Positions 9,864 through 18,260 of a stretch of 64,000 bases of DNA are shown in pieces (position 1 is the stretch's first letter; each line of letters begins with the position of its first letter). The position numbers and the translations under genes were made by a program. This stretch comes from an uncultured delta proteobacterium (GTDB lineage Bacteria; Desulfobacterota; Binatia; Binatales; Binataceae). Below the pieces are notes generated by a model that saw only the letters and a program-made list of their open reading frames with translations, had not been told where the DNA came from and did no database searches. The DNA is taken from contig CAVWKW010000003.1 in the NCBI GenBank assembly GCA_963755705.1, forward strand, positions 769,930 to 833,929, given 5' to 3'.

Positions 9864-11166
9864 GATTTCCCCGGCTGCGCAGCTCCATCGCACGCGCGTG
9901 CCCCTCGAATCCTTCCATCCGCGCCAGATGCGCGACCGACGGACCGAGCTCCCGCGCCGCGCGCGGCGAGGCCTCGATTATACTGGTTCGCTTAAGGAAA
10001 TCGTATGCACCCAGGGGCGAGGCGAAACGCGCCGATCCGCCGGTCGGCAGGACGTGATTCGGTCCCGCAAGGTAATCGCCGAGGGGCGCCGGGCTCATCG
10101 CGCCCAGGAAGACCGCGCCTGCTGCGCGGACTTTCTTAAGCCACCCGTGCGGGTTACGAATCTCGAGCTCGAGATGCTCCGGGCCAATTTCGTTCGACAG
10201 CGCGAACGCCTCTTCCAGGTCCTTGACGATAATTGCCGCACCGCGGCGATCCAGCACCCGACGCACCGCCGCCGCGCGAGGCAGGGTGGCGAGCGCGGAT
10301 TCGAGTGCACGCTCGACTTCCCGCGCAATACGAGCCGAGGTTGTCAGCAGAATTGCGGATTCGTCGCCCGAGCCGTGCTCCGCCTGCGCGATCAGATCGG
10401 CGGCGATCCAGTCAGCGCGCGCGCTCGCGTCGGCGATCACCAGCACCTCGCTCGGTCCGGCCATCTTGTCGATATCGGTAACGCCATAAACCATCCGCTT
10501 GGCGGCCTGCACGTACACATTTCCCGGTCCGACGATCTTGTCGACCGCGCGAATCGACTTGGTGCCGTACGCGAGCGCGGCGACCGCCTGCGCCCCGCCG
10601 ACGCGGTAATATTCCGTCACTCCCGCGATCGCCGCCGCCGCCATCATGGCGTCGCGCTCGCCCTCGCGCGAGGGCGGCGCAACCATCACGATTTCCTCGA
10701 CTCCCGCGACCCGCGCCGGAATCGCATTCATCAGCACCGACGACGGGTATGCGCCCATCCCGCCCGGCACGTACAGACCGACGCGGCGCAGCGGGCGCAC
10801 GAGTTGTCCCAGGCGCATTCCAAGCTCGTCGACGAATGCGAATGGGCGTTCGAGGGTCTCGCGATGGAACCGCGCGATCCGCCGCGCGGCAAGTTCCAGC
10901 GCGCGCCGATCGCGTGCCGGAATTTTCTTCGGTGCTGCTGCCAGTTCCGCTCCGGTCACCCGCAGCGTGCGCGTCGTCAGCTTCACGCCGTCGAACTTTT
11001 GGGTGTAGTCGAAGAGGGCGAGATCGCCGCGGCGGCGAACGTCGGCGATAATCTTTGCGACCGCGTCATTGATTTTGGCGTCATCCGCACCGCCCCGCCG
11101 CGCAACTATCATCGCCATGAACCGGCGCATCGCGGGGGTGCCAGTCTTGAGAATCCGGAGCTTCAT
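9853..11166 (-). CDS. hisD: Histidinol dehydrogenase
   Basis: 437-aa ORF carrying HisD signature segments (GPGNVYV, IAGPSEVLVIAD, HLELEI). Confidence 0.9.
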   Translation of the reverse strand: MKLRILKTGTPAMRRFMAMIVARRGGADDAKINDAVAKIIADVRRRGDLALFDYTQKFDGVKLTTRTLRVTGAELAAAPKKIPARDRRALELAARRIARFHRETLERPFAFVDELGMRLGQLVRPLRRVGLYVPGGMGAYPSSVLMNAIPARVAGVEEIVMVAPPSREGERDAMMAAAAIAGVTEYYRVGGAQAVAALAYGTKSIRAVDKIVGPGNVYVQAAKRMVYGVTDIDKMAGPSEVLVIADASARADWIAADLIAQAEHGSGDESAILLTTSARIAREVERALESALATLPRAAAVRRVLDRRGAAIIVKDLEEAFALSNEIGPEHLELEIRNPHGWLKKVRAAGAVFLGAMSPAPLGDYLAGPNHVLPTGGSARFASPLGAYDFLKRTSIIEASPRAARELGPSVAHLARMEGFEGHARAMELRSRGNHDG

Positions 11167-12425
11167 CAGGACTCTTTGACCCGCTCGATCCGCGCGCCGA
11201 GTGCCGAGAGCTTCGCGTCGAGCGCCTCGTATCCGCGGTCGAGATGGTACACGCGGCCTATTTCCGTGCTGTGTTCGGCCGCCAGGCCAGCCAGGATCAG
11301 GCTCATACTAGCGCGCAGGTCGGTCGCCATCACCGGAGCGCCCTGCAACTTCGTCGGGCCACGGACAACCGCAGTCGCTCCCTTCATCAGGATATCCCCG
11401 CCCATACGGATCAATTCCTGCGCGTGCATGAAGCGATTCTCGAAGATCGTTTCAGTGATCACCGAGGTGCCCGAGGCCTGCGTCAAAAGCGCCATCATCT
11501 GCGCCTGCAAGTCGGTCGGAAAGCCGGGGTACGGCAGCGTGCGCAGCTCGACCGGATTGAGCTTGCCGGTTCGGCGCACGCGGACGGAGCCGTTGTCGGG
11601 CGTAATCTCGACGCCAGCTTCGACCAGCTTGGCGGTGAAGGCCTGAAGGTGAGCAAGCGGCGCATTATTGATCGTGATATCGCCGCCGGTGATGGCAGCG
11701 GCGACCATCAGCGAACCGGCCTCGATTCGGTCGGGGACAACTTCGTGCTCGACGCCGTGCAGGTGCTCGACGCCGTCAATTTCGATCACGTGTGTGCCGG
11801 CGCCAGTAATCTTCGCGCCCATCGCCGAGAGCATCGCCGCGAGATCGATAATCTCCGGCTCGCGCGCCACATTTTCTATCTGCGTATGCCCACGCGCGCG
11901 CACCGCGGCCATCATGATGTTCTCGGTCGCGCCGACAGAAGGATTATCGAGCCAGATACGCGCGCCCACCAGCCGCCGCGCGTGCGCCTCTACGTAGCCG
12001 TTTCGGAACTGAACCTTCGCGCCAAGCGCGCGGATTCCGGTGATATGCAAATTCACCGGCCGCGCGCCGATCGCGCATCCTCCCGGAGTCGAGACACGCG
12101 CCCTGCCCTCGCGCGCGAGCAGAGGTCCCAGCACCAGGAACGACGCGCGCATCGTCTTGACCAGCTCATACGGTGCGACGTGCGAGGTGATCTTCTTCGC
12201 GCAGACCTCGACCTCGTTGTCGCCGGTCCATCGCGCTTCCGCGCCAAGATCGCCGAGCAGGCCGAGCGTGGTGGTGACGTCGCGCAGGCGCGGCACGTTG
12301 TAGAGCTTCACCGGCTCATCGGTGAGTAGCGACGCAATCAAAATCGGCAGCGCAGTATTCTTGCTGCCGCTTACCGAGACGGTGCCGCGCAGCGGCTTTC
12401 CGCCGCGAATGATCATCTTGTCCAT
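11166..12425 (-). CDS. murA: UDP-N-acetylglucosamine 1-carboxyvinyltransferase
   Basis: 419 aa with an EPSP-synthase fold, the MurA N-terminus (IRGGKPLRGTVSVSGSKNTALPIL) and the catalytic Cys region. Its stop overlaps the hisD start. Confidence 0.9.
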   Translation of the reverse strand: MDKMIIRGGKPLRGTVSVSGSKNTALPILIASLLTDEPVKLYNVPRLRDVTTTLGLLGDLGAEARWTGDNEVEVCAKKITSHVAPYELVKTMRASFLVLGPLLAREGRARVSTPGGCAIGARPVNLHITGIRALGAKVQFRNGYVEAHARRLVGARIWLDNPSVGATENIMMAAVRARGHTQIENVAREPEIIDLAAMLSAMGAKITGAGTHVIEIDGVEHLHGVEHEVVPDRIEAGSLMVAAAITGGDITINNAPLAHLQAFTAKLVEAGVEITPDNGSVRVRRTGKLNPVELRTLPYPGFPTDLQAQMMALLTQASGTSVITETIFENRFMHAQELIRMGGDILMKGATAVVRGPTKLQGAPVMATDLRASMSLILAGLAAEHSTEIGRVYHLDRGYEALDAKLSALGARIERVKES

Positions 12426-12432
12426 TTGAAAT

Positions 12433-13317
12433 TCAGACTCGCGCCGTCACGACGCGGGCGATCCCGGCCAGATCGTTTATCACACCCGTGAGGTGCAATC
12501 CCGCCTCGCGAAAGAGCGCGCCAACCGCCTCCGCCTGCCCCGCCCCAACTTCGACCATCAGCGCGCCACCGCGATTCAGATGCTCGCAGGCGCCGCTGCC
12601 GATTCTCATGTAGCATTCGAGCGCGCCGGTTCCCGTAAACAGCGCGGCGGGAGGCTCGAACTCGCGGACTTCGGGCGCAAGCGAATCTATCGCCGATATG
12701 TCGACATATGGCGGATTGGAGACGATCAGATCGAAATTCCCGAGAGCGGCGCTCCCGTCGAGAGGCTCGAAAATATCCGCAAGGCGAAGCACGACGCGAT
12801 CCTCGGCATGATGCCGCGCGACGTTGCGCCGCGCGACCTCGAGCGCGCTTTCGTCGATATCTGTCGCAACGACGCTCGCGCGCGGCGCGTTGACCGCAAT
12901 CGAAATCGCGATCGCGCCCGACCCGGTTCCTATATCCAGCAGACGGACGGCGGGACGCTGCGCCGCGAATTCGAGCGCGGCGGCAACCAGGAACTCGGTC
13001 TCCGGACGCGGAATCAGCACGGACGGAGTGACCTCGAACTCGAGCGAGTAGAATTCTTTTGAACCAAGAATATAGGCGAGCGGCTCGCGCGCCGCGCGCC
13101 GCGAGAGCATCGCCTCGAAGCGCTCGGCAGCACCTGCGGAAATCTCGACGAGTGCGACGATGATCGCACGGCGGGTCGTGTCGAGCGCCCGCGCGAGCAT
13201 CAGCTCGGCGTCCAGCCGCGGCGACTCGACACCCGCATGCGCCAAGCGCGCGGTCGCGGTCTCGAGCATGCGGACGAGATGCGCGCGACGGTCTTCGGCG
13301 TCGTTCCGGGGCGCCAT
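12433..13317 (-). CDS. prmC: Peptide chain release factor N5-glutamine methyltransferase
   Basis: SAM-methyltransferase motifs (LDIGTGSGAIAI) and the NPPY motif (IVSNPPY). Sits immediately downstream of prfA. Confidence 0.85.
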   Translation of the reverse strand: MAPRNDAEDRRAHLVRMLETATARLAHAGVESPRLDAELMLARALDTTRRAIIVALVEISAGAAERFEAMLSRRAAREPLAYILGSKEFYSLEFEVTPSVLIPRPETEFLVAAALEFAAQRPAVRLLDIGTGSGAIAISIAVNAPRASVVATDIDESALEVARRNVARHHAEDRVVLRLADIFEPLDGSAALGNFDLIVSNPPYVDISAIDSLAPEVREFEPPAALFTGTGALECYMRIGSGACEHLNRGGALMVEVGAGQAEAVGALFREAGLHLTGVINDLAGIARVVTARV

Positions 13318-13326
13318 CGCAAGCTC

Positions 13327-14388
13327 TCAGGCGCTGAGTAGCTGCGCCTGCTCCGCAGTGGCGAGCGCGTCGATCAACGAATCAATCGCGCCGTCGAGGA
13401 ACTGGTCGAGCTGATGAATCGTAACGTTGACGCGATGGTCCGTGACGCGGGACTGGGGAAAATTGTAAGTGCGAATACGCTCGGAGCGGTCGCCGGTCCC
13501 GACCATCGAGCGCCGCGTCGCCGCGATTTGCGCGTCCTGGTCGGCACGCGCCTTTTCCAAAAGCCGCGTGCGCAGGATTTTCAGCGCGCGCGCCTTGTTC
13601 TTGTGCTGCGATTTTTCGTCGCGGCAGATGATCACCATCCCTGATGGAATGTGCGTTATCCGCACCGCCGAATCGGTGGTGTTGACGCTCTGCCCGCCGG
13701 GACCCGACGCGCGCATCACGTCGATGCGCAAATCCTTTTCCTCGTTGATATTTACTTCAACTTCGTCGGCCTCAGGCATCACGGCGATTGTCACCGCCGA
13801 GGTGTGGATGCGGCCGGAGCCTTCGGTCTCGGGCACGCGCTGCACGCGATGCACCCCGCCCTCGAACTTGAGGCGCGAGTACGCGCCGCGCCCCGCGATC
13901 AGCGCGATAACTTCCTTGATTCCGCCAAGTCCCGTGTCGGAGAGGCTCATCGTCTCGACTTTCCATCCGTGGCGTTCGGCGTAGCGCGAGTACATCCGGA
14001 ACAGCTCGCCCGCGAACAGCGACGCTTCCGCGCCACCGGTGCCGGCGCGGATTTCAAGCAGTACGTTGCGATCGTCGTTCGGGTCGCGAGGAATCAGGAG
14101 TTGGCGAATTTTTTCTTCGAGCGGGACCTGCCGCCTATGCATCGACGGCAGCTCGGCCTTGGCGAGCTCGCGCAGCTCGGGATCGTCGCCTTCGAGCAGC
14201 GCCTTGTGCTCGCCGATTTCGCCCAGCAGCTTGCGATACTCGCGCGCCGACTCGATCAGCTCAGTCAGCGAGGCGCGCTCTTTGGCCAGCTTCGCGTACT
14301 CGCGATTATTGGCGGTCACAGCAGGATCGCTGAGCTTGCGTTCGAGCTCCGCGTAGCGATCCTCGATTCCTTGCAGCTTGTCGAGCAT
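13327..14388 (-). CDS. prfA: Peptide chain release factor 1
   Basis: 353 aa with the GGQ motif (GPGGQSVNTTDSAVRITHIPSG) and an RF1-type PxT-region context. Confidence 0.9.
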   Translation of the reverse strand: MLDKLQGIEDRYAELERKLSDPAVTANNREYAKLAKERASLTELIESAREYRKLLGEIGEHKALLEGDDPELRELAKAELPSMHRRQVPLEEKIRQLLIPRDPNDDRNVLLEIRAGTGGAEASLFAGELFRMYSRYAERHGWKVETMSLSDTGLGGIKEVIALIAGRGAYSRLKFEGGVHRVQRVPETEGSGRIHTSAVTIAVMPEADEVEVNINEEKDLRIDVMRASGPGGQSVNTTDSAVRITHIPSGMVIICRDEKSQHKNKARALKILRTRLLEKARADQDAQIAATRRSMVGTGDRSERIRTYNFPQSRVTDHRVNVTIHQLDQFLDGAIDSLIDALATAEQAQLLSA

Positions 14389-14431
14389 TACCGTCCGGGC
14401 GGTTTCGCGTCCGCCCCCCTAAAACCACCGG

Positions 14432-14467
14432 CCCCAAAAACAAACGCGGCGGGAACCATCCCGCCGC
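14432..14467 (-). terminator. Rho-independent terminator-like hairpin downstream of rpmE and upstream of prfA (minus-strand orientation)
   Basis: A 9-bp GC stem GCGGCGGGA / TCCCGCCGC with an ACCA loop lies at 14446-14467. On the minus strand it is followed by the run GTTTGTTTTTGGGG. Confidence 0.5.
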
Positions 14468-14544
14468 AAGACCAATCCCCCGCACACCCGCAGGTGCTGC
14501 GATCCTTGTCTGGACCGCAACCTCGGGCGGCGGGAGTTACTATG

Positions 14545-14745
14545 CTACTTCATTCCATACCTGCGCTTGAACCGCTCGACGCGGCCAGCGGTATCGACCA
14601 GGCGCTGCTGTCCGGTGTAAAACGGATGGCACTTGGAACAGACTTCGACGTGGAGTTCGCCCACCGTCGAGCGGGTCTCAAAAGTGTTGCCGCAGGCGCA
14701 GGTAACCACGCAGCGACGGTATACGGGATGGATTGCGGCTTTCAT
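14545..14745 (-). CDS. rpmE: 50S ribosomal protein L31
   Basis: [47 protein letters not shown] contains the CxxC...CxxC zinc-ribbon L31 signature. The start is an internal Met of the 86-aa ORF. Confidence 0.85.
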   Translation of the reverse strand: MKAAIHPVYRRCVVTCACGNTFETRSTVGELHVEVCSKCHPFYTGQQRLVDTAGRVERFKRRYGMK

Positions 14746-14865
14746 TTGTTCAACTCTCGACGTCCAATCTCTTGTGTCAGAGAATATCATCCACTGCGAT
14801 CCCACACAATTCGAGGGTCCAGTGCCTTTCTGCCACGAAACTTAACCACGATTGCGACCGCCGCA

Positions 14866-16392
14866 ATGCTGGCGATACTGGCGTTTTCGTCCCGATCAGC
14901 CGCCGCCGACGTCTTGCCGCCTGCTACGCAGAAGCGGGAGCCCAGGGCGGCGGCCGCGACCCTTCCTGTAGTCGCGCCGGGCTTTGCGCCTGACAGCGAG
15001 ACGATGTTCGCGCCTATCGTCGAGCTCGCATCGCCGGGTCCCGACCGCGCGGCGCGCGCAATCATGATCTTCGATCGCCAGCTCACCTTCCAGCGCGCGA
15101 TCTCGTTTCATCCGAAGCTCGACGACGCGCTCACCAAGCTGGTCGACAAGATGCCGCCGCGCGAATCGACCCTGATTCGCGCCTCCGCGCTCTACTCCCA
15201 GCCGGATATTCCATGGCAATCGCTCAAAAACGGAGCGCATCAGATTTCCGTCTCAGGCGCGCCGAAAGGGGGCGAGTACCTGTACAAGCTGACCGATAAA
15301 TATGCGGGCCCCGAGTCGCCGGAGCATATGGCCGGCCAGTTTACGATCACGCCGGTTCCCACGCCGGACACCGGGACCTCGAGCGTGAACGGACTGCTCG
15401 GAGGAGAATTGCTGATGGACACGTATCCGGCCAGCGCGATGGTTGATCTTGCGGCTGATGCGCTCCGGCAGATTCATGGCGACCTGAAAGCGCCCTGGGA
15501 TACCGCGCCGGGCGAGTTCAATCATCATGACAGCGCCGCGCTCGCGCGGTTTCAACATGAGATGCCGGCATTCGCTGCCAAGCTCGATCACTATCTCGTC
15601 TTTCACAACGTGCTCGACGAATTCGACGGCGCCGGCGGTCCAACCGTTCTTTTCAATGCCGACGTTGAAGTCCGGATGGACGCGCTCAAGGCGTATCCGC
15701 ATCTGTACGAGTTTTATCGCAAGATCGCGCCGGTGCTGGTAGCCGAATCCGCGATTCAGGACGCGGCGGGAAACTACTGGATGATCACGCGGTTCGATTG
15801 CGGACGGATGCATCTGACCTTCATGGATCGAAACGGCCTGCTCGCCCCGTTCGACAAAAATTTTCGTCCCGCGGGAGAAAGTGTCGCGCTCCAGAGCGTC
15901 GCGCACGGCAGCTACCGGACCGAGGCCTCGGTGCGCATATACCGGCTCGGGATGGTCTTCGGGCTGGAAAAAGTCGGCTTCACTACCGACTATCGGCGCG
16001 ACGGCAACTCGATAGTCGCGATGAACACGATGAACGAGGTGCCCGCCCTGATCGCGCCGCCGGGCATCCATAAGGTGATCGACCTGATCGCGGGCGAGTT
16101 CCTGCGCGTGCTGGCGCAGGGCAACGGCGGCCTGACCTCGACCTTCGCGTCGCGCCGCACAGACGACGGACTCGACCGCTACGCGCTCGGCTTCACCGGC
16201 CAATTCGAGTACTCGCCGACGCTCGAGTTCCTGGCCAAGGTAGGCGACGCGATCGCCGATCAGCACAACGAGGCGGTGCGGGCCGACGAGCGCAAATTCG
16301 GCGAGGAACTTTTCGACGCGTTCGCGAGCGATTACAATAACGCGCGTCAGCGGATTTTGGCGCTCGACGCGGCGCAGGCGGGGAACAAGTGA
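14866..16392 (+). CDS. Secreted protein of unknown function (about 508 aa)
   Basis: The start is chosen downstream of rpmE at the ATG at 14866 (MLAILAFSSRSAAADV, signal-peptide-like). The amino-acid composition is balanced and unlike the Arg-rich antisense ORFs. I recognise no known domain. Confidence 0.5.
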   Translation: MLAILAFSSRSAAADVLPPATQKREPRAAAATLPVVAPGFAPDSETMFAPIVELASPGPDRAARAIMIFDRQLTFQRAISFHPKLDDALTKLVDKMPPRESTLIRASALYSQPDIPWQSLKNGAHQISVSGAPKGGEYLYKLTDKYAGPESPEHMAGQFTITPVPTPDTGTSSVNGLLGGELLMDTYPASAMVDLAADALRQIHGDLKAPWDTAPGEFNHHDSAALARFQHEMPAFAAKLDHYLVFHNVLDEFDGAGGPTVLFNADVEVRMDALKAYPHLYEFYRKIAPVLVAESAIQDAAGNYWMITRFDCGRMHLTFMDRNGLLAPFDKNFRPAGESVALQSVAHGSYRTEASVRIYRLGMVFGLEKVGFTTDYRRDGNSIVAMNTMNEVPALIAPPGIHKVIDLIAGEFLRVLAQGNGGLTSTFASRRTDDGLDRYALGFTGQFEYSPTLEFLAKVGDAIADQHNEAVRADERKFGEELFDAFASDYNNARQRILALDAAQAGNK

Positions 16393-17075
16393 GATTATCG
16401 AAAATTCTGGTTTGCGCCGCGCTCTGCTACGCGCTCGCGGCCGCGGCGGCGGGATGCAGTATTTTCGGGCCGTCGGATACCGAAGTGCCCGGAGCGGTTT
16501 CAACTCCAAATTTCGTCACCGATCTTTCCACGCTGTCGCCCCAGCCGATCAACCCGATTATGGATCCCTCGGCCGCGTTTGCCGCAACTCACGTTTACAA
16601 CGCTCCCGGCTCGGAGCGCGCGAACGAAGCAACGCCCGGCACCGTCCGCCATGTCGGCCCGGACCAGTCCCCCGGCACCGAGAAGCTGCAAAATCTCAAG
16701 GCGGCAAAGTTCGCGAGCTTCTCCGGGATGCTGGTCGACCGCCTATGGCAGGCGGTCTATAAGCAGGAACAGACGCCTGAGATATCGCGCCTGAGTCTGC
16801 CTTCCGATTTGCAACCGGTAGTGCTCACCGCGACGCTTGATCCGAGCGGCAAGCTAAAAGAGATCGTGCTGGAACAGCACTGCGGAAAGGGAATCGTCGA
16901 CCGGATGTTTATCACCGCCGCGAAGAGCGCGCTGTGGGCTGACAATCCGCCGCGTGAGGCCGCGATGCCGGATGGCTTTTACCGCGTGCGGGTCGAGCTC
17001 AAGATGGAGCCCTACGCCTCGATGGATAATAACCGCAAGTTCTTCAAAACGTTCGTCGGGCTCGCCCTGCTGTAG
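16389..17075 (+). CDS. Lipoprotein of unknown function
   Basis: Lipobox LAAAAAGCS. Its start overlaps the previous stop (GTGA), which indicates translational coupling with the upstream secreted protein. Confidence 0.55.
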   Translation: MRLSKILVCAALCYALAAAAAGCSIFGPSDTEVPGAVSTPNFVTDLSTLSPQPINPIMDPSAAFAATHVYNAPGSERANEATPGTVRHVGPDQSPGTEKLQNLKAAKFASFSGMLVDRLWQAVYKQEQTPEISRLSLPSDLQPVVLTATLDPSGKLKEIVLEQHCGKGIVDRMFITAAKSALWADNPPREAAMPDGFYRVRVELKMEPYASMDNNRKFFKTFVGLALL

Positions 17076-17123
17076 CCGCCGGGCTTCGGGCGAATCGACG
17101 CGCTTTCTGCTAGGATTCCCGCG

Positions 17124-18260
17124 ATGGCATCAATTGACGACTACCTGCCCCGCCCGGGGCTTTCGACGCCGATCGTCACCATCTTCGATCGCGAGGGGCG
17201 CGTTCTGGAAGACGAGCAACGCGCGCTGGTGCGCTTCGTCGTGCAGGAGGGGCGCGGGGCGGACATCGTATTCGCGGCGGGCACAACCGGCGAATGGGAT
17301 CGGGTTGATAATCCGCGACGGCAGGACGTAATGCGAATCGCGGTGGACGAATGCCGCCGGATCTCGGCGCGAATCGGGCGCAAAGTCGAAGCGTGGGCCG
17401 GCATTACCGCGCACACGCGCGCCGAGACGATCGCCAACCTCGAGTACGCACTCGAGCTCGACGCCGACGCCGCGGTGATAGCGCCACTTTCGATTCGCGA
17501 CTTGGCCGCGCCGCCGGATTTCGTTGCGCGCGAGCTCGGCGCGGTGTTCGAACGCCGCGGAAAGACGATTCCAATTTTTCTCTACGACAATGCCGATATC
17601 GCCGCGCCGGGAAAGTCACCGCATCTGCATACCCGAGACGTAAAACAGATGGCGCGCCTGGCGTACGTGCGCGGCATCAAGGTGACCGCCGGCAAGGCCG
17701 TGCTCGGCAACTACACGCGCGCGGCCTCGCACTTCAAGCTCTCGCATGAGTTCGCGGTGTACGCCGGAATTCCATATTTGATTTTCGATCTGTTCGCGCC
17801 AGCGGGCGGACTGTCGGGCACCATCCGCCATCGATGGAACCGCTACCTGACCCAGCGCGCGATGCCGTACGGCGTCGTCTCGGGCGCGTCGAACGTAATG
17901 CCGCGCGAATGGCAGCGCGCATGGCGCGTGTGCCGCGCGGGAAATCCCGGGCTGATGCAGCGATATGCTCAAGCCACCGATAAGCTGCGTGCCGCGTGCG
18001 AATTCCAACGCTCGGGCAAACCCTACAGCCCGGTGATCGCGTGCTACAAGGCGGCATTGTGCGAATTTGGCGTGATCGAAAGCGACGCGATGGCGGCAGG
18101 CTCGCCTACTCTCGAAACGGATGAACGCCGCGAACTCGTCGCGCGGATTCGCGCGATGCGCCGATTTGCGGCCGACACGCTCGAAGCCGGATGGGTCAGC
18201 GAGACCAGCTTGCGTCCGCGACTTAAGGAAGTTCCACGGGCCGTGCGTCCCCATGCCTGA
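17124..18260 (+). CDS. Dihydrodipicolinate synthase / N-acetylneuraminate lyase family protein (class I aldolase)
   Basis: DapA-family N-terminal pattern (TPIVTIFDREGRVLEDEQRALVRFVV...IVFAAGTTGEW). 378 aa, longer than canonical DapA. Confidence 0.75.
   Translation: MASIDDYLPRPGLSTPIVTIFDREGRVLEDEQRALVRFVVQEGRGADIVFAAGTTGEWDRVDNPRRQDVMRIAVDECRRISARIGRKVEAWAGITAHTRAETIANLEYALELDADAAVIAPLSIRDLAAPPDFVARELGAVFERRGKTIPIFLYDNADIAAPGKSPHLHTRDVKQMARLAYVRGIKVTAGKAVLGNYTRAASHFKLSHEFAVYAGIPYLIFDLFAPAGGLSGTIRHRWNRYLTQRAMPYGVVSGASNVMPREWQRAWRVCRAGNPGLMQRYAQATDKLRAACEFQRSGKPYSPVIACYKAALCEFGVIESDAMAAGSPTLETDERRELVARIRAMRRFAADTLEAGWVSETSLRPRLKEVPRAVRPHA

Noticed and set aside
9661-12329. Long plus-strand ORFs (9661-11646 and 11244-12329) antisense to hisD and murA
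   Set aside because: hisD and murA are unambiguous on the minus strand. The plus ORFs are Arg/Pro-rich GC-frame artefacts.
13651-16392. 913-aa plus-strand ORF running antisense through prfA and rpmE
   Set aside because: Its upstream two-thirds overlaps well-supported housekeeping genes on the other strand and is Arg/Ala-rich, as expected for antisense reading of GC-rich genes. Only the portion after 14866 is kept, as the secreted protein.
15253-16509. 418-aa minus-strand ORF overlapping the secreted-protein gene
   Set aside because: Arg-rich and low-complexity. The plus-strand gene has a signal peptide and balanced composition, and it couples to the downstream lipoprotein gene.
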